From positions 16,616,001-16,680,000 of the forward strand of contig OX597821.1 in assembly GCA_951406725.2 (NCBI GenBank): 64,000 bases of DNA. The letters are read 5' to 3'. Every line of letters begins with the position of its first letter. Position 1 is the stretch's first letter. This DNA comes from Octopus vulgaris (lineage: Eukaryota). Positions 13,628-25,217 of the stretch are shown piece by piece. The notes under the pieces were generated by a model. The model was not told the DNA's origin. It made no database searches and saw nothing but the letters and a program-made list of their open reading frames with translations. Both the position numbers and the translations under genes were made by a program.

Positions 13628-14710
13628 TATAATATATATAAATATATGTGTGTGTGTGTGTGTATGTGTGCGTGTATAGATATACGTGTGTGTGTATGGG
13701 TACGCGCGCATTCATATACAGATTAACACAAACCGAGAAATTAATTCATGAATATAAAAGTTTCACAATTATGTTTCAAATATTCTTGTAGTATCTTCAA
13801 AGGTGATACATATATTACAGAAAAAAAATCACAGAGGTTTTTTTGTTTTTTACTAATCAAATTCATGAGAAATACAATCATTGCTGAGTTATAAAATCAA
13901 TATAAAATATAAATAAAGCACCTTAAGAAATTATATAAAACACCTATGTGAAACGAATGACGCTATCTATGTATCTATCTATCTATATATGTATGTATGT
14001 ATGTATACATATATATCTATACCTATATATACCTATATATATCTATATCTATACCTATATCTATATCTATATCTATACCTATACCTATACCTATATCTAT
14101 ACCTATATATATATATATATATATATACATATATATATAGTTATATATATAGATATAGTTATATATATAGATATAGTTATATATATAGGTATAGTTATAT
14201 ATATATAGATATAGTTATAGCTATAGATATAGATATACGAACAGAAAATTTATTCATCCAAATCAGAAATCAGTTCAGACTAATATCGATGCAGCCGCAA
14301 TTTTCCTAGCTAGAAAGTGAAAATGTTTAATCAACACACGAAGACAAAAGCCAGTCATACCATACTCTGTTCATTACTGATCTTAAAACTATGTCAGTTA
14401 TCTTCCATTATCGACCCACCCAATATTCGGTTGGAGACATGATGAAGGCTGATAATTGCAAAAACAAACCACAAAAGTATACAATATAGTGATAAAAGTT
14501 CACAAACATAATAATCTTTGTTACGGTTCAAACCAATTCCAATATATAGTTATTTGGCAACAGGAAGCAGGTGAAAATCTTTGGGGAACGTCTGTTTCGT
14601 TATTTCACGCTTCTTTCCCCCTTGCTACAAACAGTTTATTTATTTTCATCAGTTTGCTGCATTCACTCAAGAAATTTACTATATTTATAGCAAATTATAC
14701 ACTTTTTATT

Positions 14711-14752
<42 letters not shown>

Positions 14753-14811
14753 AAAAAATGAAGTTCGAAAATGCTGCTGTATTATACAATTTTTAATTTT
14801 TATATATATAC

Positions 14812-14856
14812 ATTATAACATGTTTCAGTTCCTGAAATGAACTTTATCAAAAAAGT
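14812..14856 (-). ncRNA. Hammerhead motif, U3-A8 core variant
   Basis: TTGATAA agttc-atttcag-gaact GAAAC ATGT T. Perfect 5-bp stem II, palindromic ACATGT stem III, weak stem I. Confidence 0.6.
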
Positions 14857-15227
14857 TATATATAAAAAAAGACAGCTCATGCCGTCAAACACAAGAAATT
14901 CATTTATAATACACAACGGAGTCAGACATCTTAGAGTTCATGTATAGTTGATATATAGTTCATGTATAGTTGATATATAGTTTGAAGTATATGTTCAAAG
15001 TGTTCGATGCAGTGGCCCACGGTGGCGATACGTATTCAATACAAAAAACAGATCAAAGTGGTGGAAAGCGGTCAATACAGAAGATTGATGTTTCCGAAAG
15101 AGCGAGGAATTCATTTTTACCTTAAGCAAATGTGATGACCCATGGTGGATGTTCGCTGGGTGGTTCTAATGAGTTTTTGTGAAGTGCTCGGTTTTATAAT
15201 GCCTGTTAGGTGGTCAATTCAGCGTAG

Positions 15228-15660
15228 CGTGACGTCATCAACGTTTTGACCAATCGTTTCGTTAGGTGGCTTTAGTCAAGTAGAACGGGACGTCATCATT
15301 ATTTTGACCAATCGCTGCATTATAACTGCCTCTTGTTTGTTTTCCTGTTTTGACCAGTCGCTTCGTTAGTCAAGTAGAACGGGACGTCATCATTATTTTG
15401 ACCAATCGCTGCATTATAACTGCCTCTTGTTTGTTTCCTGTCCTGACCAGTCGCTTCGTTAGTCAAGCAGAACGGGACGTCATGCAGATTCTGCCCAATC
15501 ACGACTTATAGCTACATTAGATCTGCCCCCTGTCTGTACTTGTTAGGTGACTATTCAAGCAGAAAAGGACGTCATCAATATTCTGACTAATGACTGTCCC
15601 CTGTTTGTATCCTGTCCATTCTAGCTGAGCTAGACGTCATCAACTTGTTGACCAATCAGA
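15228..15660. promoter_or_regulatory. About 93-94-bp tandem repeats carrying GACGTCA (CRE-like) and CCAAT motifs in the PLE pseudo-LTR
   Basis: Units start at 15275, 15369 and 15462, with degenerate units at about 15230, 15555 and 15630; perfect TGACGTCA at 15230. Function is inferred. Confidence 0.55.
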
Positions 15661-16740
15661 ATCGGGTCTGACCCGTAGCTGTATCGTATGTATCAGGGTC
15701 AGATTTGCACGAAAGAATTTTTTTCCCTTTTTTACTTAGGTATATTTCCGTCAGAGTGAGTGTCTGTTTGAAGTAGCGGTCGTGGTGGAATTTTGCTTCT
15801 CCTTTTCGGAGGACTTATCTTTTGTTTTAGTATTCCTGGCCCAGGGTGTTTAAACTTGGTCTAAATTTTTTTATGAAACATAGTTCTTTATTTTGGCGTT
15901 GTGTGAAGGTTGCGTTGTCACTGAATTTATAGAGCGGGTTAGTTGTAAATTTCGGATTTACATTTCCAGCACATCTATCTATGTGTCCGCTGACCGGTAT
16001 TTTGCGGTAATCAGGGTTTCTAATTTGTGATTTATGCACCGCCATCCTGTTACGTAAGCTATTTTTTGTATGGCCTATATACTGCCTATTGCAGCCTGCG
16101 CATGTTATGAAGTGAATTAAGTTTTCTGATGCGCAGGTGAAGTTTGTTCTAATGGTGAACTGGTGCCCTTGTTCCAGTATAAATTCTGATCCTTCTTTCA
16201 AGATGACACAGATTCCGCAGTTGGGCCTTCCACATTTTCTAACTGCTGGTTTTGTGGTTGATGTTGAGTGCAGTGTAGCTTGGGTTAAAATCCTTTTCAA
16301 GGATTTTGGTTGCCGTTTACTTTTAATGATGGTGTGTGTTTCGAGGATCCGGTTCATCTTTGGGTCTCCCTTTAGTAGGGCTGTGCTTTGTAGTATGGTG
16401 TTGAAGGCCTCATTATTGAGTGGGTTGTGTGTAGAAATGTAGGGAAGGGTTTTTAATTGTTCTTTCTTTTTGGTTTTGTTTGTCTCAGGTCTTCTATACT
16501 TAATTTAAGTACCCGTTGGATTGCACTGTCTATTAGGGGCTGTGGATAGTTTCTATTTGTGAGTGTGGTTCTAAGTTCCTCGAGACGTGTGTGTCGGGTG
16601 TTTGTGTCTGATATTATGGTGCAAATCCTTCTAGCTAAACAAAAAGGGACATTCATTCTAGTGTGTCGTGGGTGGCATGAATCAAAGGGTAGGTACTGTT
16701 TAGAGTCTGTCGGTTTATATATATATATATATATATATAA

Positions 16741-16874
16741 GACTTATTCTTTGTAAGCCGAGTAATTATTCTATCGACCTCTTTTGCCGAACCGCTAGGT
16801 TACGGGGACGTAATAAACACACTAGCATCGGTTGTTAAGCAACGTTGCGGGGACAATTACAACTACACACACAC

Positions 16875-16906
<32 letters not shown>

Positions 16907-17061
16907 GACGGGCTTCTATTCAGTTTCCGTCTACTAAATCCACTCACAAGGCCATGGTTGGCCCGAGGCTATAGCAGAAGACACTCACCCTAGGTGCCAC
17001 GCAGTGGGACCGAACCCGAAACCATGTGTTTGGTAAGCAAGCTACTTACCACACAGACACT

Positions 17062-17063
<2 letters not shown>
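16741..17063 (-). mobile_element. tRNA-derived SINE lacking its tail
   Basis: Same family blocks as 9213-9592 (ccgaaccgcta, aaatccactcacaagg, ggtaagcaagctacttaccacacag). Confidence 0.9.
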
Positions 17064-17130
<67 letters not shown>

Positions 17131-17425
17131 ATGTGTACGCTTGTGTGTTTATGTATATGTAGGTATGTAGAGTTATGTGTATGTGTATGTATGTATGTAT
17201 ATATACATATGTGTAAATAGGTATATATGTGTATGTTTATATGTATGTATCCGTCTGTATAATGGGTAACTGCATGTATATATTTATTATTTATTATTTA
17301 TTATTTGAGTATGCATGTATGTATATATGTATAAAATAAAATTAAAATAAGGGAAGAAATGTGTGTGTATGTGTGTGCATGTATATGCATTTGTATGTGT
17401 ATGTATGTGTGTGTGTGTATATATA

Positions 17426-17456
<31 letters not shown>

Positions 17457-17816
17457 GTATAGGTATGTATGTGTATGTATGTATATATATGTGTATATGG
17501 GTGTGTGTAAATATATGTGTATGTATATATATATATATATATGGATATGGGAGCGTGTGTGTATGGGGGTGTATATCCCCTTTAATATATATATATGTGT
17601 GTAGACATATATAAGTGTATGTATGAGTATGGGTATGGGCGAGTACGTAGATACATGTATTTGGGTACATATGTACATGTGTATATGGGTGTATGTGTGT
17701 ATGTGTACGTATGTGTATGTGTATATATGTATGTGTATGTATGTATATGTGTGTATATGTATGTATGTATATGTATACATATGTGTATGTGTGTGTGTGT
17801 GTATGTGTATATGTAC

Positions 17817-17870
<54 letters not shown>

Positions 17871-18120
17871 GTATATGTATATGTATATGTATAAGTGAGA
17901 GTCTCCTTATTTACCTAAAACTAAAGTGAGAGTCTCCTTATTTACCTAAAACTCTATTTTTCTATTTATTCTTTTATTCTTTTATTTACTTTACCACCGA
18001 TTCCTTTGACCACTCCCCTAAGAATGATAGTTTGCGCCATGCCTACCCAAAAAAAGTCCACCACCACCACCCCTTTAAACCTGCCTAAATGTATAAATGC
18101 CAAAACTACTCTTGTCACCT

Positions 18121-18171
18121 AGCTTCCTGATGATTTCTTTTGAATGAAACAGTTCTAGTCCTGTAGAAGCT
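18121..18171 (+). ncRNA. Type I hammerhead ribozyme, 5' pseudo-LTR copy
   Basis: agcttc CTGATGA t-ttc-tttt-gaa-t GAA ACAG-ttctagtc-CTGT A gaagct. 6-bp stem I, 4-bp stem III, GUA cleavage site. Confidence 0.9.
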
Positions 18172-18302
18172 CCTTCTATAAAATAAATTAATTTACTCTG
18201 CTATGTATTGAGTACCTTATTTACTGTGGTTAACCCCGACTCAACCCGGGACCTACATATCCTAGCACACCCCAGTGCCCTTATAACCATCACCAAGAAA
18301 AA

Positions 18303-20432
18303 ATGCTGACAAGAATCGACCTCAACACTTCCTTGAAGAACATTACTATCCCACTAAGGAAACAGTACCAAAGAGCCCTTATTAGACGGACTGATGAGTT
18401 CATCAAAATAATTCGATGGAGATCGTTCTTCTTCGACCACCCTGATGTAGCATCTACCAATAATGATAAGTACGGCTTCAAATCAAATAAGGCCCCTCCT
18501 ACCAACAGCCTACTCGAACCGTTTGAAGAAGACCTTTTCCTCATGATAAAAAACATCAAATTCAGGAGAGTCAACCTACCTTTCCAAACGGAACTTAATG
18601 AGAAACTTTCGAAAATGGAAAGCTCCCCGCACCTCCATGTCCCTTCGGACAAGACAAAAAATATTTACGCGGTGACTCCGGATACCTACAACAGACTAGC
18701 TGATAACGCCATCACAGCTAAGTACAAAAATGTTGATGACACAGCTTTAACTGAAACCAACTTAGCCGGGAAAGAGATTGCCACCTCCCTTAAAATCGAT
18801 GACCGAACTGAAGTCCCCACACTTCACCCTGAAAGACCACAAAGACAATTTCGAAAATAAACCATCGGTCCGACTGATTAACCCAACCAAGTCTGACATC
18901 GGATCCGTCAGCAAGAAGATCCTGGACAGGATTTTACCTAAAATGCGTGAAGCTTCACCCCTTCCACTCCGGAATAGGACCTCCGAGGCAATAACCTGGT
19001 TCCGGGATTTACCTGACAAAAGCAACACCCGATTCCTACAATTAGATATCGAAGATTACTACGCCTCCATATCGGAGAGCCTGCTGATCGACGCGATTAA
19101 CTTCGCTAGGAAGTTCTCCACCATCACCGAGGCCGAGCAAGATGTGATCCTCCTTACGCACGTAAGACTTTTCTTTTCCACGACGGATCCCACTGGATCA
19201 ACAAAAAATCTGTGACCCCCTTCGACGTCAGCATGGGTGCTAGCGACTCGGCTGAAATAAGTGACCTTGTGGGCCTTTTCATCCTCCATAGGCTGAAGAC
19301 CCTATTCACAGGCCTCTCCGGTGGTCTTTACCGCGATGATGGCCTTTTTGCCCTCCACAAAATAAACCCCAGGACCACGGATGGGTTCCGGAAAAATCTT
19401 TACACTTTTTTAAAAACTTAGGCCTTAGGATTACCTTAGAATCCGACTTAACCAAAGCTAACTTCCTTGACGTTACCCTCGACTTAAAAACCTCACTTTA
19501 TTACCCGTACCACAAACCAAATGAATCCCTTAGATATATAGACATTAATTCCAACCACCCCAAAAATATATTAGACAACCTAGTAAAATGTGTCTCAATT
19601 AGAATATCTAGCCTGTCCGCTACTGAAAATATATTTAATGCAGCAGCCCCCTATTACAACGAGGGCCTGGCCCGCAGTGGCTTTAAAGATATGATCACCT
19701 ATACTAGCATAGCCCCACGCCAACCCAGGAAAAATAGGCGAATACACATTAGCTGGTACAACCCCCACTTCAACCGTGAGGTCGCTACACCTGTAGCTAA
19801 AATCTTCTTCACTCTCCTACAGAAACACTTCCCCACCCAACATAAGTACTATACAATCCTAAATAAGAACACCATTAGACTCTCCTACTCTACCACGCCC
19901 AATCTAGCCAGGAACCTAGCCAACAATAACGTGAAAAAACTTAATAAATCTACTTTTTCCGAGGCCCATCCAACATCCGATAGCAATTGCAACTGCCCTG
20001 ATAAAACCACTTGCCCCCTCAACAACAACTGCCTACAGAAGGACCTTCGTCTACACATGCGAGGTACGATCAGGCGCCGATGATAAAAGAAAATCGTACA
20101 CCGGAATGACGTCAAACAGCTTTAAGACTCGTTGGTACGCCCACACGCATTCGTTCCGGCGACCTGACAAATCCAACCAAACTACCCTCACCGCCCACAT
20201 CTGGTACCTTAAAAGGAACTCCATCCCCTTCAAGATCAAGTGGAGACTACTACAGAGGGCGCGTTCGTACACAGTAGGCCATACCTGCTGTGACCTTTGC
20301 ATTTCTGAGAGCCTGGGGATCTTGTTCGCCAAAGGCCCTCTCCTCAACAAGATCTCGGAACACTGCCCAAATTGCATGCATAAAATTTATGCAAACTACA
20401 AAAACTACAGACCCACCCGGCAACCTGATTGA
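18303..20432 (+). pseudogene. Naiad-type PLE ORF (RT + GIY-YIG) broken by about 4 frameshifts
   Basis: SLKNI..., YGFKS, SDKT, TLKDHK, RLINP, LDIEDYY, FDVSMG, LYRDDG, FLDVT, PYHKPN, SNHP, CNCPDKTTCPLNNNC, VYTC...SYTG, CDLCISE, CMH. Confidence 0.93.
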
Positions 20433-20517
20433 CGACACCCCCCCCCACACACACACAACCCCCACGTGCGTGTATATGTATGTGTGTGTGTATGTATATG
20501 TGTATATGTATGTATGT

Positions 20518-20557
<40 letters not shown>

Positions 20558-21224
20558 GCTTGTGTGTTTATGTATATGTATCTATGTAGAGTTATGTGTA
20601 TGTGTATGTATGTATGTATATATACATATGTGTAAATAGGTATATATGTGTATGTTTATATGTATGTATCCGTCTGTATAATGGGTAACTGCATGTATAT
20701 ATTTATTATTTATTATTTATTATTTATTATTTGAGTATGCATGTATGTATATATGTATATGTTTGTATGCATGTATGTATTTATGTATATAAGGATGCGC
20801 GTGTGTGTGTGTATACATTTATGCATGTATGTACTTATGTGTATATATAGATGCGCATGTGTGTGTGTATGTGTATGCATGTGTGTATGTATATGTATGT
20901 GTATATATGTATATATATACATGTGTGTATATATATGTGTATGTGTATGTATGTGTATATGTGTATGGGTATATATGTGTATATGCATGTATGTATGTGT
21001 ATGTGTGTACTTGTATGGATTGTTGGGTTTCTTTTTTTATATATGTAGATAGATGTGTATGCGTGTGTATTAGTATGTGCTTGTGTATATATACGTGTAT
21101 GTATAGATATATGGATGTATGGGTATGTAGGTATGTATATGACTGGTGTAAGTATGTATGTGTGTATGTATATGTAGGTATGCGCGTACGTGTATGTGTA
21201 TGTATATATATGTATATATATATG

Positions 21225-21275
<51 letters not shown>

Positions 21276-21772
21276 GTATATGTGTATGTATGTGTATGTA
21301 TGTGCTTATGTATATGTATATATATTTATTTGTGTATATGTATGGACTAGTCTTCTGTGGGTGTATAGATGTATGTATGTATGTGTATGCGTGTAGATAT
21401 GAATTTGTAGGTACGTGTACGTATGTGTATATACGTGCATGTATGTAGATGTATGTATGTATGAATGAATATAACACGTGCGTGTGTGTATGTGTATGAG
21501 TGTACGTGTGAGTGTGCGTGTGTGAGTGTTTGTGTTCGTATCAGTGAGTAGAAAGATAGAATGGAAGGGAGAGAGGCAATAAATGGATTCTTTAGACTAG
21601 TTCCCTTGGAACGACATCACTTCAGTGCCGTGCTGGCTGGCCGAGGTCAAGATAAAAATAAAAATAAAAACAAAAGTAAAAAATAAAAATAGAATTAAAA
21701 TAAGGGAAGAAATGTGTGTGTATGTGTGTGCATGTATATGCATTTGTATGTGTATGTGTGTGTGTATATATA

Positions 21773-21833
<61 letters not shown>

Positions 21834-21884
21834 AGGTATGTATGTGTATGTATGTATATATATGTGTATATGGGTGTGTGTAAA

Positions 21885-21919
<35 letters not shown>

Positions 21920-22202
21920 GGATATGGGAGCGTGTGTGTATGGGGGTGTATATCCCCTTGAATGTATATATATGTGTGTAGACATATATAAGTGTATGTA
22001 TGAGTATGGGTATGGGCGTGTACGTATGTACATGTATTTGGGTACATATGTACATGTGTATATGGGTGTATGTGTGTATGTGTACGTATGTGTATGTGTA
22101 TATATGTATATGTGTATGTATGTATATGTGAGTATATGTATGTATGTATATGTATACATATGTGTATGTGTGTGTGTGTGTATGTGTATATGTACATGTG
22201 TG

Positions 22203-22235
<33 letters not shown>

Positions 22236-22460
22236 GTATATGTATATGTATAAGTGAGAGTCTCCTTATTTACCTAAAACTCTATTTTTCTATTTATTCT
22301 TTTATTCTTTTATTTATTCTTTTATCTACTTTACCACCGATTCCTTTGACCACTCCCCTAAGAATGATAGTTTGCGCCATGCCTACCCCAAAAAAGTCCC
22401 CCACCACCACCCCTTTAAACCTGCCTAAATGTATAAATGCCAAAACTACTCTTGTCACCT

Positions 22461-22511
22461 AGTTTCCTGATGATTTCTTTTGAATGAAACAGTTCTAGTC
22501 CTGTAGAAGCT
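22461..22511 (+). ncRNA. Type I hammerhead ribozyme, 3' pseudo-LTR copy
   Basis: Same as 18121-18171 except agtttc in stem I (C-G becomes U-G wobble). Confidence 0.9.
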
Positions 22512-22593
22512 CCTTCTATAAAATAAATTAATTTACTCTGCTATATATTGAGTACCTTATTTACTGTGGTTAACCCCGACTCAACCCAGTACC

Positions 22594-22638
<45 letters not shown>

Positions 22639-22639
22639 T

Positions 22640-24125
22640 AGTTACTTAGATATTTAGATAGGTTTCGGCGACATTGACCCAGGTCGTAGCTAACCTAATA
22701 GCACCACCTGGAAAATACATTTATTAATGTATTTTTGTATAGTTATTTTTAGGCACCATTGCCCATTCGATTAAAGACTTGTTGTTTCCAGCAGTATATT
22801 CTTGTGTAGGTCCTTTATCTGGAATTTGTTGAAGTCTTTCATCCAAGAACTTTTTGAAGGTTATGAAATCTTTTACCCACTTTTTATGTTTTGGAATGAT
22901 GATAAAAAGAACAGACCCACTTGAGGAGAGGTAGTTCTGCCTTAGTGTTGGGATGTTCTGAGAGCACGATTTCTGTAGATGACGCATGGCACGGGGACCA
23001 AGACTTGGATGGATTTTAAAAGTGATACCGATATCATTTGGGCACTATTGTCGGAACAATTACCAAATCATACAAAGAATAAGGCACTCTCGGCGGCGCT
23101 GGAGAGGATACAGTTTGAGATTCGCGAGTCGATCCCAGTAATTAAGACCAGACATGCCATCATTTTTTTTATTTTTTGTAATTGATCTCAGAGGTGCTTC
23201 AAGCTTTTTAATACTTTGGACAACAGTATTCAAGGTAATGGTGGACGAAGGTAGAAAAAAGAAGGATAATGGTTGGATCATCTCTATACTGGAAAGTCCT
23301 TAGGATCCAGGAGCAAGCCCTGCGGGCCATGTCGACTTTCTTGTTTATGTGGACACTCCAGCTTAAGTTATCGTCAACAGTCACAGCGAAGTCCCTAGTG
23401 GTGTTTGATGCCGTGAGGAGTTCGCCAGAATGAATAATATATGGTTGTTTAAGTGCAGCCTATTTACCAAAGTGGATTAACTCAAACTTGTTCTCGTTCA
23501 GTTGCATGTTATGTGTCTACGCCCATTGGATAACAGCAAATAGGTCCCATTGAAGATTTCTCCGATCTCCTATCCTGTCGCGAACATTTTTATATTACTG
23601 TATTTAATGACCCTGAGTATGTAATTTATGTAGATAAGGAACAGTAGTGGGTCTAAAATAGTGCTTTGTGGGACACAACTGATGACATTTGGTGTGCTTG
23701 ATCGAATACCATTGATCACCACATGCTGCCTTCTGTTCACCAGAAAGAATTTAAATCACTTTAGAAGCTTATCGTGCACTCCAATGTTGGAGAGGTTTTA
23801 TTTTCTTTAAAGATCATGTTGTGGTCAACCTTGTCAAAAGCCTTGCGGAAGTCAAGATATATGACATCTGCATTAGATCCCTCACCCAAGATCTTTAGGA
23901 TATCGTCGAAATGATGCAGGAGCTGTGTAAGGTAGTTCTTGCCATTGCGAAAACCATGCTGGTTGGGAACCAGCAGGTTGTGGCTTTTCAGGAAGTGGCT
24001 CACTCTAGATCACACCACTCTCTCAAATAATTTGATGAGATGAGAATTAAAGGAGATAGGTTGGTAATTCTCTGTCTGGGACTTGCTGCTGTCCTTTTTG
24101 AAGACTGAAACAATCGACTGAGATT
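22640..24125 (-). mobile_element. Degenerate 5'-truncated CR1/L2-clade LINE
   Basis: NQHGFRNG, YLDFRKAFDKVDH, LNYWDRLANLKLYPLQRRRE; many stops and frameshifts; tail ...gccgaaacctatctaaatatctaa. Confidence 0.9.
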
Positions 24126-24129
24126 TATC

Positions 24130-25150
24130 TCTACACCCCACCACCTCCTCTATCAACTAGTCGTAAGGTCTCGGAAACATTTTATGGTTCGTCCCCACCT
24201 TTCCCCCTTAATGTAAGGGCAAATGAATGCTGAACATTCTTGCCGTTAGTTGATACTCTCTTCCCTTGAACGCATTGGTACAATAAAATCATTAACAAAC
24301 ACTCAATGAAAGTTACCTTTTCTTGTCCTCCTAATGTTAAGCAACGGACGACTCAAGCTTGCTCCGATGCACATGTAGAGATAACTCTAAATGTCATCTA
24401 GGACAGGTGTGCGATACATCTTCCGTTGTTTATGAAGCACAGGTTTCGTCAAACTACGACAACAACCATATAGATATCAGACGTTAAACCTGAGTCGTGG
24501 AAAAAAAAATTTTTAAACTAGATATAACAAGTATTTAAGTATTTTAGGCACGTAGTAAGAGACATTCATGAATCTTTCAGCTTTAAGTTGAAAACGAAGA
24601 GACGAAGGGGCCAATTTCGATATGAAATGGAAAATCCTCTCTAAATCCAGACCTTCTATGAGTGAATCTAAAAATATCCAGTATATTCACTTGAAAAAGT
24701 ATATCTATTAAAAAATGTCGAGAACTTCCGACGAATTCATAAATTCGGGGAATGACATTTTTTCTGTATGTCTGCTTTCAAGAAAAACATCCAATCGGAA
24801 TTTAAAAGTAGACAAGCGCACACTTATTAAACCATGAACATCTGGTATACGTCTGCTTGACTTCGAATTATTGTAAAGTTGATTATCGCCCTTGTCGTTT
24901 TCCTTTTGATTCTTGTTTACAGGTGTCTCTTGTTTAAAAGTTATCTTCCGAAAAGACAATTGACAAACGGTCTTGTTTCAGCTTGATAAATGACGCAATA
25001 AATTATTATTTCTAGCCGTAAACAGCAGGTGGCTGTAATTGCAAGATTATCTTTACTCTCTTAGCTGATCGAATGTTTCTATATTTCTTGAAACATACGG
25101 TGAAATCGGTGCTGACACAACAATGTACGAGGGCGTTTGAATCGAAGTTA
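24130..25150 (+). mobile_element. Highly degenerate Naiad-type PLE 3' part (GIY-YIG region)
   Basis: KIINKHSMKVTFSCPPNVKQ, RCTCRDNSKCHLGQVCDTSSVVYEAQV, FKTRYN, FDMKWKILSKSRP. Confidence 0.75.
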
Positions 25151-25217
25151 AAATACTGGATATTGGAACTTTGTACATTCGTATCCTCTTACGCGCATAT
25201 ATATATGTATGTATATG

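Larger units (their letters stand above)
14760..16720 (-). mobile_element. 5'-truncated Penelope-like element: RT thumb, GIY-YIG endonuclease and pseudo-LTR
   Basis: KPTDSKQYLPFDSCHP, VPFCLARRIC, CGRPNCGIC, FTCASENLIHFITCAGCNRQYIGHT...RMAVH, E-x2-FIKKFRPSLN; HHR motif at the 3' end. Confidence 0.92.
17110..22600 (+). mobile_element. Near full-length Naiad-type Penelope-like retroelement with direct pseudo-LTRs (about 17110-18260 and 20550-22600)
   Basis: Both repeats share the same idiosyncratic microsatellite-rich sequence, both contain an HHR and both end at acctacatat; the element is flanked by (TA)n. Confidence 0.93.

Noticed and set aside
18303-20432. Selenoprotein-type Naiad (in-frame UGA plus SECIS)
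   Set aside because: The conserved cysteines use TGC/TGT, and the TGA at 19213 is out of frame with the RT reading.
24988-25048. SECIS-like ATGA...AAA...GA hairpin after the degenerate Naiad
   Set aside because: It needs a large insertion and a bulge to fit, and the upstream CxC/CxLxxxC codons are ordinary cysteine.
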